Positions 25,961 through 39,087 are shown, counted from the first letter of the stretch. The stretch: 64,000 nucleotides of DNA from Octopus sinensis (GCF_006345805.1 NC_043001.1:32178001-32242000); one strand, 5' to 3'. A program made the numbers and translations. The notes: generated by a model not told the origin, from the letters alone.

Positions 25961-27669
25961 ATCGGATAAATTAAAGATCAAATGCCAACATTTATTGTAC
26001 TTTAAACTGATTCTATAAAGACTTCACCGAGTACCACATGCGTGTCTGTATAAAACTTAATTACTTAAATACCAGTAATAAGATTCATGGATTATATTTA
26101 GGTAACCTAGTGTATCATAATATTATTAATATATATATATAACTTTAATCTTCTTTTGCCTGTCCTTAGTTCTAACCAGAGATACCGAAGTCTAATTTTA
26201 TATAATTTATATTTTATATAATTTAATAATTAAATAACTTTATCCAATTTACTTTTAGTTTTAGGTGATATCTTGATCCTCCGCAGTTATGGCTATATTA
26301 TTCTTTTAAATTCGTTATAATCCTATGAATTCTTTTAATATTTAATAACATGTATGGCCATTATAATTATTTAGGATCTTCATACATTTAAAAAAATTTT
26401 TCTTAACCCTCACTAAAGTTTTAAATTATTACTATAACCTATTTCCCAAACTTATATTAATTTTGATTGTTTTAAGAGATTTAATTTATTCTCATTTCTA
26501 TTGTGACAACATTAGTTAATAGAAAAGTCAGAAATATCTTTTATTGAGAATATTGGTTCTGTTTTTCTTTCTCTTTTATCCTGGCATTTCAACTCGTAAC
26601 TTCATTACAACTAAATAACTAATTTCTTTTAGTTTAGAAATCTAGCAATCATAAAATTTATAAATTTATAAATTCACTTCTTTATCTTGACACTAATTCT
26701 TGCCTAATTCGTCTAATATACACATTTACTTGTTTATGCCAATGCTGTGTTGTGTGAATATACAGACCTTTTTCTCTATTTGATTTATCCTATTCTGCTT
26801 ATGTTTAAGTATTTATTAGTAATAATTGCTGGTTATTTCTATATATGTGATTATAGCTATCTCTATGTATTAATCCTTTTCATTTACTTTTTCTTTTCCT
26901 ACCTTCCTTCATCACCTTTTCTCATAGACCGCTGTTATTCTTGGCGGTTTTCCTGAAGTTATTCTCCCTGAATTATAATTGGTTGAATCTACCTTAATCA
27001 AAGATAATATTCTAATAGCTCGGCTATAATTAATCGGAACACTTGAATCAAGATGTAAATGTATAAGTAACGGTGGATTTTATTAACCATATTACTCCTT
27101 AACGTATTAAACAGTAAATGTTTTCTTAGAACAACGTCGGCATCTGTCTTAAAATATGTTTTCATGGGTCAAATATCATGCTTGGCGCTAGATATCTCCT
27201 GGTATGCAAACATGTTTTGCCAGTATCAGCATTTATGAGAGAAGTTGCTAGTTTAATTACATGTTTTGTACATAAATGCATTAGAACTATTCTTTAATTT
27301 ACAATGCAATTGTGCTATCCATCTATGTGACTGAAAGCTTGTAGTCCCCCCCCATTTTACATCTTTAAAACGTTGGTAAATATGATTATAAATTTCACTT
27401 GTTGATGATCTGCTAATTAATCAACAATCGCTATGCCACTGACTGCTTGTTAATTGGTAATGGTAAGCCTGATGAGTTGAGAGTTGCGTAACGTACTACA
27501 TAATCGCATTGGTGTGGTGAATATTGCATACCTGAGTGTGCTAAGTTTACGTCACAATAAAGACTCCTAATGAAACAGTTGTAAGAGTAACAGACAACCT
27601 ATTAGTCCGCTATGATATATATATATATGTATGTATGTATATATATATATATGTATGAATATATATGAA

Positions 27670-27736
<67 letters not shown>

Positions 27737-27880
27737 GTTAAGAGATGTAATGGTGTCAACATGACACAAATGTATCAGGTAATGCTGAGTAACTGCAATG
27801 CATAGACCATAGTTAAGCTCCAAGTTCGGTGATTATGCGAATAAGGAGTCCAATATAAGTCATATATCAGGATGTGGATG

Positions 27881-28229
27881 TATAATTTTTTTTTCAGAAT
27901 GAGATAAAAACCAAGGCTCTGAATATTCTATATTGTAAATAGAAGTTCTTACAGCTGTTTCCAGGATATTTATTATATCCCTTCGTTGGAGACGTGTGAG
28001 AAGATGTTTAGACAATAGTTAATTTAGATAAGATAACCCAACAGACACTTTTCAAAGTCTCTTTGTAATTGGAGAGTCAAAATAACTACTGCTTGACCAT
28101 TTTCTCACACCGTCTCCGATGAATGGATATTATAAATATCCTCGAAACAGCTGTAAGACGTTCTATTTATATATGTTCTAAAATATTCCCAGCCTTGGTT
28201 CTTTTTATCTCATTCTAAAAAAAATTATA
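27881..28229. mobile_element. Foldback element with ~128-bp inverted arms, each carrying a hammerhead-like motif
   Basis: Arms 27881-28006 and 28098-28229 are reverse complements (tataatttttttttcagaatgagataaaaa / tttttatctcattctaaaaaaaattata); ~90-bp spacer. A partial arm recurs at ~51148-51205. Confidence 0.8.
28111..28160 (+). ncRNA. Minimal type-I hammerhead-like motif (C4 variant)
   Basis: Helix I CGTCT/AGACG, core CCGATGA, helix II GGATATT/AATATCC, GAA, palindromic helix III ACAGCTGT, GUA triplet. The helix II closing pair is disrupted. Confidence 0.6.
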
Positions 28230-28586
28230 CACACACATACACACTCACACACATATATATACATACCAGAAACCATCTCTATGTTGTGTTTGTGTATGTT
28301 TGTGTATGCGTGTGTGTATCAGTTCATGCGTTCATGTTTTCGTAGACTTATGCCTCATTATGTTGCATTTTACTTATGATTCATCTCTGTGTGGAAGTAA
28401 TTTTTTCCATTCTCTTTCTTCATATGAATTTTTTTTTATGTGTGTACCTTGAAATTCAGTTAATATTAAACCCTTGCATTTTTGTGTAATTTATTAAATA
28501 GATTAACCTTGTCGATATGAATAAATAACTTATTCTGTTGATCTGCTTATTATTTGTTTCATACTATAACAAACCAGAAATAACTT

Positions 28587-28806
28587 GAAGAAGAAGAAGG
28601 AGAAGAGGAAGAGGAAGAAGAAGAAGAAGAAGAAGAAGAAGAAAAGAAGAAGAAAAGAAGAAGAAGAAGAAGAAGAAGAAGAAGAAGAAGAAGAAGAAAA
28701 GAAGAAGAAAAAAAGATGAAATAGAAGAAGAAGAAAAGATGAAATAGAAGAAGAAGAAGAAGAAGAAGAAGAAGAAGAAGAAGAAGAAGAAGAAGAAGAA
28801 GAAGAA
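28587..28806. repeat. (GAA)n microsatellite with interruptions
   Basis: Direct reading. Confidence 0.95.
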
Positions 28807-29658
28807 AACCATACTTAAGGAATCTAGCAAATTAAAGAATGGTTTGCAACAGCTAAGCCATATGAAAGCCTATTGAATGATATTAGAAAGCACGATATTA
28901 AGCATTACAAATTGTGTTTGTTTATCTTCAGATCTCTCTCCTGCTTGAGTAGACATATCCTCAAATGTTTGTTTTCCACCCATAAACAGGCCGCATTGCT
29001 TTCAGGAATAGTGTAGCTAGGTCTACATTATTCAGAATTCATTTTACTTCTTCTTAAAAGGATAACGTATGATTTGAAGCTGATTCTTGTTATTATTTCA
29101 AGTGTCACTCAATGACTCACTTAAGATGATGATGTGGCGGGGTGGGGGTGGGGGTGGGGAGGGGAGAATAAAGAGGACAGGTGAATGATGAAGGGAGTCG
29201 TCTTAATGACATAATCGAAATTCGAAATGGTAAGTGGGTGTGTAATTAAGCTTCTTTTCTTTTTTTGTTTGTCCCTGGCTCCGCTGAATCATCCCAGCAG
29301 ACACTTTTCAAAGTCTCTTTGTTATAGGAAAGTCAAAAGTAACCCATTTGCTATATATATAAGATGTTAACATTTATAGTTTTATCAGAAAACACAGTTG
29401 GAAAAATATCCTAAAATGTCAAACATCTTAGAGCTGATAACATAACACGCGCGCGCAAACACCCACACACCAACACATACACACACACATGCACACACAG
29501 ACACACATGCACACACAAACACACAGACAAACACACAACAGAATGATACATATACATATATATGCATGTATATATATATATATATATATATAGTTAATCC
29601 AAACAAGAAAACACAGAGAAAAACACAGCAACGCGAGGACGTGGAACAATTAAAGTAT

Positions 29659-29725
29659 TATTTGACGCTCAGGAAAGAAGGGAAGGAGGGTTTAACGTTT
29701 CGAGCGGAACTCTTCGTCGGAAACA
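29659..29725 (-). ncRNA. Type-I hammerhead-like motif, tandem unit 1
   Basis: Minus strand: helix I TGTTT/AAATA, core CCGACGA(A), helix II GAGT/GCTC, GAA, helix III ACGTT/AGCGT, GUC triplet. Confidence 0.65.
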
Positions 29726-29855
29726 AAGGAGAAGGAAAGATCCCGAGAAGGGAAGACAGAGGAAAAAAATTTACATATATATATATAGTTAATCTAAAAC
29801 AGGAAAACACAAAGAGTAAACACAACAACGCGAGGACGTGGAACAAGTATAGTAT

Positions 29856-29925
29856 TATTGGACGCTCAGGAAAGAAGGAAAGAAGGAGGGCTCAACGTTT
29901 CGAGCGGAGCTCTTCGTCAGAAACA
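29856..29925 (-). ncRNA. Type-I hammerhead-like motif, tandem unit 2
   Basis: Minus strand: core CTGACGA(A), helix II GAGC/GCTC, GAA, helix III ACGTT/AGCGT, GUC triplet; C:U mismatch at the first helix I pair. Confidence 0.65.
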
Positions 29926-29961
29926 TAGGAAAAGGAAAGATCCAAAGAAGGGAAGACGGAG

Positions 29962-30023
<62 letters not shown>

Positions 30024-30868
30024 ATTGTGACAAAGCATCAAATATCCACTGAGACACATACAACAAGGCAAGTATCGAGTTATATAGAAAAATCCTCGTT
30101 CCTTTGGCCTCTCATTGTGGCAAAATTTCTTCAAGCCTATATCATGATACTTTAATTTTCATTTCATCAGGCAATATGCTCGATTTAAAGAGAACACAGA
30201 CACGAGTTGGATGCCAATGGATCAATGATGCGACAGAAGGCTTACTTTCATGTTGATGGTAAGCAGATATTTCCAAATGTTACCCCGATAAAATCATTAA
30301 GTCTGAAATAAGCTAGAAAAATAAAGAAACTCGATGTTATTGAGTGATAGAGACTCCTTTGAGTGGAAATAGATTGAATATGTTGATATGATAAAAAAGA
30401 GAAAAACTTCAATAGAACTGTTTCCAGTAATATGAAAGCGCTAAAAATAAACTAAGATATGAACATATTTGCTGTCAGCTTTAAACTGAATAAAATAAAC
30501 AGATTGTCGTTGCAACAACGCTAAAAATGTCCTTAGGAAACAGAAAATACGAACTGAAGAGTAATTTGTACAGACACTATACACCTAGACAATAAAGAGA
30601 CAAATCTTTGACAAAACTGGCAAAAAGTGTTATAAAATATAAAGAATATTGGCAATACAACTATTTTAAAAACAGTTGTATAAGAGAGTTTTATAATCCG
30701 TTATAACGCAGGCAGTTTATGCAGTTTCATTCAAAGCATGATGGAAAGTAATACTTAAAATACGAGATAATTTAACACCAAATATATATTATAGAAAACA
30801 AACTCACTAGCAGCGGCAGATTACTAAGCATAGTATGAACTCTTTTGCTAGGTAATACAAAATGCAAA

Positions 30869-30981
30869 ACCAGGCAGTGGCTCTCATGGCTTCTGATCTT
30901 AACGGATTGGAAGTGTTATCATGTACATTGTTTTGTCTTGGTATAAAAGATGCGCTACAGTAAATATTCTGCTCAATACCA
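30869..30981 (+). mobile_element. 5' 113 bp of a family T element
   Basis: accaggcagtggctctcatggc...gctcaatacca is the reverse complement of the right-hand ends of the family T copies. Confidence 0.8.
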
Positions 30982-31310
30982 TATATGATGACGTTTCTCT
31001 AAAAGAAATGGAGGAACTTTTAAAAACAAAGATCTGGAAATAGAGGTAACACTAATGTGGAGCCGAAAATAGAAACAATTCCTATCATCGTAGGCACATT
31101 AGGTATGATAAAACATTCACACAAATACATAGCAAAAACACCAGAACTTACAAGGATATATAACATACAGAAAATAGTACTACCAGGCACCGCATACATC
31201 CTACGTAAAATACTTTCAATACAGTGAACCAGATTACATACCCAAGGCACACAGAGCTGCGCTTGGTAGTGCCATAAAAACACATGATGAATATAAGACC
31301 ACTGAATAAT
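30982..31310 (+). mobile_element. R4/Dong-like LINE 3' end with TAA tail
   Basis: DDVSLKEM...KDLEIEV...IPIIVGTLGMIK...ILRKILSIQ*; 3'UTR (gcacacagagctgcgct) shared with the 11255-12075 copy. Confidence 0.8.
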
Positions 31311-31389
31311 AATAAAATAATAATAAAAGAAAAGAACAACACCAGGTGCATGGTGAGGCTATCATCAAGAAACACGAACATTACCTTTC

Positions 31390-34300
31390 CTCAGTTTATG
31401 GGGAGCAGAAATTTATACAGACTCTCATGTCATGCCAGCATATATGAGGCCTCTCACACGAGGGTGGTTAGTACAGTTGATGACTGTCCACAGCTGTTGT
31501 TCTAAGACAGCGTCAATGTATAATGAACTAAGGAAGAAGAAATGGACAAGGGAAAGAAACAGAGTATTTGAAATGTAAACTTAAAGTAAGGGGTTAGATA
31601 AAACGTATGTTAGTACTTTAGGTAAAGAAAGGTATGTTTGAAATAACAGAGAAGAGACTAGTGGACCAGGCTAATGCTATTTGGAGAAAAAGTGGATGAT
31701 TCAGTTGGAGGTAGAAATCACAAGAAAACGATAAAAAAAAACAAAGACCTAGAAGTAGAACATCCAAATAAAGTAAGGGACACAGTTCAAGCCAAAGAGG
31801 AGCCTACAAGAAAAAATAATAGGGTTACTTTTCATGAATGGAAAACTGACACCAGCAAGGGAAGTGAGGAGGGTGAGAAGATTTTAGGTGAGTTCAAAGA
31901 AGTAGTGAGTAAAAAAAAGAAAAATACTAAAAGGTGTCCATGGAAGGAAGTTCCTATACATTACTAGGAAAGTAAATTTTGTTATCAATAGGATAGATAT
32001 TAGAGATATAGGTGACACTAACTTACTGATTTATGCAGAAGGAGTCGTAGTCACTTGCAGACGAGGAAAGAATTGGAAGGAGCAGATTTGGAAATGGAAA
32101 TTAGAAAACAGAGTGAAAACTTTAAGGCAAGAGCTGAGTAGAATAGAAACCTGGAAACTGAATATGCTTGGAAGATTTAAATGAGTAAAGTGTTAGGAAG
32201 AATGCCGAATTGGAAGGACCCAGGACTAGATTTAGTTCAAGAGTACTGGTTAAAGGAATTTAGTATTTAGGAATAATATAGGAGACTGACGGAACAATTT
32301 CATGATTGTCTGAAAGGTAAGTCGTAACTAGCTGGATAACTAGAGATAGAATAGTACTCCTTATGAAAGACAAAACAAAGGACAATACAGCAAGTAATTA
32401 TAGATCAATCACTTGTTTAACATTAATGTGGGAGCGGTTAACAGGAATGCTTTCAGAAAGTATTTATGAGCACCTTGACAGCCAGAATTTACTATCAAAA
32501 GAACAGAAAGTTATAAGAAGTTGGCTAGAGGAACAGATGATCTAATATACATAGACAAAGCAATTCTAAAAGAAATGAAATCTAGAAGGAAACATTTACA
32601 ATAATATGGATAGATTATATGAAAGCCTATGACATAATTCTACACTCATGGATAAATTATAAGAAAGCCTATGACATGATTCCACACTGACGGATAAGCA
32701 AATGTTTGAGAATATTCAGTATTGCAGACATAACAGAGCTAATTAGATTTAGCATGAAGAAATGGAAAGTAGACCTCTACTCATGTGACACAGCCTTAGG
32801 GAAAGTTAATATCAAGGGAGGAATTTTCCAAGGAGACTATTTATCCCCTTTGATATATGTTATTTTAAACCCCGCCTCTTCAGTTTATCATTAAGAAAGA
32901 CAAATGTAGGGTATCAGTTTAGATATAGTAAAGAGAAAATTAATCATTTGCTCTACATTGATGATATAAAGCTTTTAAAAAGAGATAGATTCAGCAAAGA
33001 TAGGCATGGAATCTGGCTGAAAAGGTTGCAAGACGCCACGATAAATTTAGAAACCAAATAAGTAAATGAGTGGAAATTTTACAGGTGATTGTGTTAAATT
33101 CTAAGGCACTAAAAGAAAATGACTCTCCCCAGACACAACAGAATATGCTTCAAAACACGAACTCACATAAATAATCTTCCAAACCAAATCCAAAAGCGAA
33201 ATTAGTGCACAATATTAATCATGAAAAAGCGACAGGTAGACAGTAGTGAAGGCATTCAAGTACCAGGTGGCCACACATTAAAATTTGAAAGAAGGAAAAA
33301 GTCATAAGTATCTAGAAGTATTAGAATCCGACAGAGCACTAACTATAGAAATGAAAGAAAACTTTGGGAAGTATATATCAGAAGGGGGAGGAAGTTAATG
33401 AAGTCAAAGCTAAATGGTCCGAATCTATTTAAGGCTGTAAATACTTGGGCAGTATTATTACTTAGATATTTATCAGCTTTTGTAGGCTAGACACAATCTG
33501 AATTATCAAATCTAGACATACGAACTCAAGAGGAATTCAATAAGAATGGAGTATTTCATCCTAGAGCAGAAGTAGCAAGATTGTATTTACCTTCAAAAGG
33601 AAGGTGGTAAAGATTTAATATCAGTAGCAAACTGTGTAGAGTTAGCTATAGTAGATATAACCTCCTAAGTAGGTAATAGTGAGAAAATATTATTAGGCGT
33701 TGCTGGAGTAAGTGTAGAATATTGGGAAAACAAAATGCCAAATATAGTTAGAAACCAGAAAAAGGAATCATCGTTATTTGAGTGGCAAGATAAGGCTTGC
33801 ATGATGGATTTCCAAAGATAGTTGCAGAAAATAGTAATGATGAAACCTAGTTGTGGTTATAGAAAAGAAGGCTTTAAAATGGAGTTAGCTACAGTAGATA
33901 TAGACTCCTATGTTAGTAACAGTGAAGATAGTTCATTAAAAGCTACTAGAGTCACAACAAGCCATATGAAAGGAAAAACCCCAAACGAAGTTAAAAGCCA
34001 GAAAAAGGAACAAAAATTATCTGACTGGCAGGGGAATGTGTTGTATGATAGATTCCCAAATATAATTGCAGCAAATAGGAATAGTGAGACATGGTTGCAG
34101 AAAGGAAGGGTGAAGAGGGAGACAGATTTGTTAGTAGCAGCACAAGATCAAGCATTGGGGACTAACTGGATAAAAGCCAAGATAGACAAAATTCAGGTGG
34201 ATTCTCAATGTAGGTTATGTGAATCAAAAGAGGAAAGTGTTACTCATATAGTTAGTGAATGTGGCATGCTGGCACAAAAAAATACAAGAAAAGACATGAC

Positions 34301-34820
34301 AACCATCGAGAGTAATCCACTGGAGGTTATGCAGAGAACTAGGATTTGACCATACTGATAAGTGATATGAACATGAACCTAGTAAATTGCTAGAAAGTGA
34401 AAAATATAAGATGTTGTTGGATTTTAACATTTAGACTGACAGAGTAATAGAAGTCTGGTCTGATTTAGCAGTATTAGACAAAGAAAATAGGAAGTACCAG
34501 ATAATAGACTTTACCGTCTCAAATGGTGAGAAAGTCAATATGAGAGAGGAAAAGAAAATAGCAAAGTATCAAGAGTTAGCTCTTGAGTTACAGAGTAATG
34601 TATTCCTATAGTTATGGGTGCATTAGGAACTAGCCCTAAAGAATTGAACAGATGGGGAAAGGAAATAGGCATAAAATCTAGCTTTGTACAGCTCTAGATA
34701 ACAGTGTTATTAGGGACAGCTAGAATACTTTGAAGGGATCTTGACATCTTAGGTTACTTGTACCTCGATGTTAGGAATTTTTTCTTTTCCAACAGTCTAA
34801 TCTGTTGTGGGTGTGTGAAA
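31390..34820 (+). mobile_element. Long decayed R4/Dong-like non-LTR retrotransposon (RT + CCHC + RLE), multiple stops and frameshifts
   Basis: N-terminal KRML...GMFEITEKRLVDQANAI; RT motifs SNYRSITCL, WIDYMKAYD, GIFQGDYLSP and HLLYIDDIKL (32954); CRLCESKEESVTHIVSEC knuckle; RLE-type IAKYQELALEL; (AAC)/(AAT) tail 34820-34910. Confidence 0.9.
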
Positions 34821-34824
34821 TAAT

Positions 34825-34872
<48 letters not shown>

Positions 34873-34934
34873 AATAATAATGATAATAATAATAATAATA
34901 ATAATAATACAACGAACCGGATGAAGATAGAAAT

Positions 34935-35515
34935 ATGACCCATCTGAACTTAAATCAAGGACAAAAAGGTTTCATTATAGCATCTCATCCTCAATGTTTG
35001 CCCACGGGAAGCTATCAAGCAAACATTCTTAAAAAATGGTGCAGACCCTGCCTGCTGCTTCTGTGGTGCAGCCAGGGAAACAATCGACCGACTCATTTTT
35101 GGTTGTTTTATGCTAACCTCAAATGAATAATTTATTTGCCATGATAAACTTGGCCAGTATATGCACTGGCTCGACCACCGAAAGTCTGGATTTCCGTATA
35201 CAAAGAACTGGTTGAAACATAAACCTGCCAGAATAGTAGAAAAGAAAAACAGCACTGTTCTTTGGGATTTTAGCTTCCAAAGTGATCGTGTAATACAGGC
35301 CAACAGAGCAGAGCTTGTGGTGCGGACCTTGAAATAAAGATTTAAAAATGTGGAGCAACAACTGTACTTGTAATCATCCGAGTTTTGGTGAGAACACAAA
35401 AAGAGCTTTTAAACAATATACCGGGAAACCTCAAGGTATCAGATCTACCGCAGTTGTTTTCATGAGTATTGTCCTCATCCTTAGAAAACATTGTCAACTT
35501 GAAAAAAACTGATTC
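34935..35515 (+). mobile_element. R4/Dong-like LINE 3' fragment, different subfamily
   Basis: DPACCFCGAARETID, VLWDFSFQSDRVIQANRAELVV, LRKHCQL; directly follows the TAA tract. Confidence 0.7.
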
Positions 35516-35755
35516 CATTAAAGCGCTACGAAAAAATTGAAATATTAAAAATTGTAACAGAATTTTAGTTCTCAGATTCTGGCCTCCTTCCATACACGGT
35601 ATATCATTGTCAGTCATATGTAACATCCATAGTAAACTGTCCACCTTGCAGGTACTTGAAGTTTCTGGGTGCAACCTAGAACAACCCAAATAAAACAAAG
35701 CAACAAAAGATGAGATAATAATGATGATGATGATAATAACAATATGATAAAAATC

Positions 35756-35894
35756 CTTTCTATTATAGGCATAAGGCTTGAATTTTGTGGGTAGAGGACT
35801 AGACGATTACATCGATCCCAGTGTTTCACTGGTACTTAATTTATCGACTCCTAAAAGATGAAAGGTAAAGTCGACCTCGGCAGAATTTGAAGTC
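35756..35894 (-). mobile_element. SINE family A, 3' portion
   Basis: Central block and tail match family A. Confidence 0.75.
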
Positions 35895-37011
35895 AACAAC
35901 AACAACAACAACAATAACAATAAAAAAAAAAATAATAATAATAATAATATGTAACATATACATGTACACCGGATTTGAATAACGTAACAATAAATTTAAA
36001 CGAATCCCAGTCCTTGATTTGTACTTTATTTTACAGAACCCCAAGAATGAAGCGGAAAATTGGTCAGTGAATTTGAACTCAAAACATACAGCAAACTGCA
36101 ATGGGCCCATAATTTTAGCCAATATTCTATGAATTATGCAACTCCACGCTGTTTGGGAATCTCAATAAATATCAATAAATATCAAAGTGAAAGAAACTAA
36201 TATTCATTGGCTAAATGTCCTTAAAAAAAGAGGAGTGATATGATAAGGTCTTCTGAAGGAAATGGTAACGAATTCTCTTTTTTTCTCGAACTATTCTTCA
36301 AACTGTGCAGCTCATTGCGGTCACTTTTCTACGATGTCTTTTGAAGATAATAAACGACTGATAAGATAAAGAATATTGAACTCACTGATTTTGATAACAA
36401 TAGCCAGTTGATAACATTACCCTTAACTATGATAAGTGATTTCAAATGTATTAATAATTACATTGGGTTCATCGATATATTTTACTCCATTCAGTTTACC
36501 TTTACCTCTTTAGATATATACATATATATATTTATATATAAAGGCCTAAGATTTTTCAAGTGGGCTTATATAGAATTTGTTGTATCCTTGTACATTTTCA
36601 CAGCTGTGTTAATGAATTATTTGAAGTGAAATGGCTTACTCCGAAAATCAAAATGAGTTTCTCACCGCAAGCCCACCGGAAAGTCATCTGCTATCAATAA
36701 CAACTTCTTTTGGATAGACACAAAACTATATTATGTTTTAGGTGAGTCATTTGTTTATATATAGTCCTGTGTTTCTAACCAATTATTCTAATTGTAATGG
36801 AACTGAAGATTATTTGACTCTATGATTGTTTGTTGGGTGTTACTAAGTTCAGTTTGCCATATAGACTCCGATGCCTCTATATTTAGTCAAAGAGGTAGAC
36901 AACGTCAGTTTTTACTATCAACGGTAGTGCTTTTATTATTAATAACTAAGGGTAGACAGCTTTGTAAACCTTAGCCGAATTTGTCATCACAATCTAGAAT
37001 TAAATAACTAA

Positions 37012-37230
37012 ATACTGGTTTCAAATTTTGGCACAAGAGCAGCGATTTTAGGAAGAAGGGGCCTGCCAATTACATGAACCCCAGTGCTCAAGTGACACTG
37101 ATTTTACCGACTTCAGTAGTATCAAATGAAAAGTTGACCTCCACAGCGTTTGGAATTAGAACGTAAAACGCCGGAAGAAATGCTGCGAAGCATTTTGTCC
37201 GATACTCTAACAATTCTGCCAGGTCGTCAC
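37012..37230 (-). mobile_element. SINE family A, diverged
   Basis: Head, central block and tail are recognisable. Confidence 0.7.
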
Positions 37231-37999
37231 TTCAACGAAACTAAAGAATTTAAGAGATGTTCAACACGGTATTCTACTATTTCTACAAAATACTTTCTTG
37301 TTAATAGTAATGTCTTGCTTTGTCACAGAGTACACGTTTTGAGAGACAGGACACAGTCAATATATATCGACTACCTAGGTACTTGATGGGTTCTTACTTT
37401 ATCAACGAAGGAACCTCTACGTGGTTGCTGAACCTGCTAAATACGGAGAAAGATAAAGGCGAAGTTGACTTGGAATGGATTTGAACTCAGAACGTAAATA
37501 ATTTGAAAAAAAATACGGCATGGCTTATGAAAATATTTCTTTCAATACAACTTAACATTCGAGAAAAAGCTGCTATTTGATAATATCGTTCTGTGAAAAT
37601 TGTAGAAAGGTTACAACTGGTATATTTTTAGATTAAAGGTTTCCTTAATAGGGGCTTCGACCTAAACAACAAGAAAAATAATAACAAAATCGACTCTGGA
37701 CGAGGGGAAATCAAAGTCCATTCTCAGTGCAATTTACTTGAACTTAGATTATAAAGGAACGTAACTACATACCGAAAGTTATTTTAACTGGTGGTTTGCC
37801 GTTGTCATTTGTACACTCTTTTGTAAATAATGGTTTGCTCATTGGTAGATGAAAGAGAGAGAAGGCTTACTGCAGCTGGATTCTAACTGGATATATAGAC
37901 TAGTTACGATTGATACTGTAGTGTATTTCTTTCTTTCGATGCACTACGGTTCGTTTTCTTATTTTGCTTAGTGAATAAATAATTATGTTTAAAATAAGT

Positions 38000-38205
38000 C
38001 CAGAGCCTGAAATTTCAGAGGAAAATGTTAGTCTATTTACTCGACTCAGTACGTGATTTTGGTTTTATTTAATCGAACCCAGAGAAAGATAAAGGCAAAT
38101 TTGACTTGGGATGAATTTGAACACAGAACGTAAATAATTTGAAAAAATACGGCAAGGTTTATTTTTCGATATTCTAACGATGCTGCCTTTTGCATATCAA
38201 TGAGA
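38000..38205 (-). mobile_element. SINE family A, diverged (a related partial copy lies at ~37385-37510)
   Basis: gatgaatttgaacacagaacgtaaataatttgaaaaaatacggc is shared with 37470-37520. Confidence 0.55.
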
Positions 38206-39055
38206 AGAATTATTTCTTACATTGGTTCAATGTCAGTTCTCGTTCAGCAGATCTGGGATCAAAAGCGTTCCAGCTGCGACCATCTCGTATTTTTGTATAC
38301 CAGAGAATTTATCAGCCAATGTATTCTTTTCTATTTATGACAGAAGAGCGGGATTTGAGGGAGATTTGTTAGTTATTTCTAGCAGGTCGAACGACTGCGT
38401 AGCGATTCATTCATTAACGCGGCACAAAGTCGATAATCTGTAAGAGAAATGTATAAAGAATTGAATCGACTGGGGTATATTATTGCTTTTCAAAGTGTTA
38501 AATGAAAGAACCCTAATGTGTGTGCTCGACCTGCTAGAAACAAATATTATTAGCGTTGTAATAATGTGAAAAATATTATTAACGTGTTAAACATTATTAG
38601 TGTTGTAATAATAAACTAACACAGGATTAAAATAAAAATTAGACATCTTATTAGTAAGAAGTACAAGCCAGTGAGCTTAAGAACAAGCTGCAAATAAATG
38701 CGATATATAAATTCGAATGCATACGCACGCGATGCAAACTTCACGACTACAACTATTACATTGGTTACAAAAGCTACAACACTCCTTTCGACTCATTATG
38801 TACTTCTAGTAAGGAGCAATTGCAATGCCCTATCATGCAAATTAAGTAAATAAGAATATATTAGCTGATAACAGTTTTACCCCTCAGAATCCCCCCACCC
38901 ACCAAATAGACAATTAATATTGGAAAAGTTACTTATAATAAAACTCAAAATTTAAGTAATACGCAGACAGTATTGGTCACAAGTATAAAATGACGCTTAC
39001 CATCTTTGGGAAGTGAGCCTTTCAGTATTACTTTTACGAGAAAGTTACTATTCAG

Positions 39056-39087
<32 letters not shown>

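Noticed and set aside
25960-27150. AT-rich stretch resembling a mitochondrial insertion (NUMT)
   Set aside because: No recognisable mitochondrial rRNA, tRNA or protein motif; BLAST against an octopus mitogenome would settle it.
27462-27500. CTGATGAG...CGTAACGTA hammerhead candidate
   Set aside because: GAAA is mutated and helices I and II do not pair.
33822-34349. 175-aa ORF as a host gene
   Set aside because: It is part of the decayed R4/Dong-like LINE.
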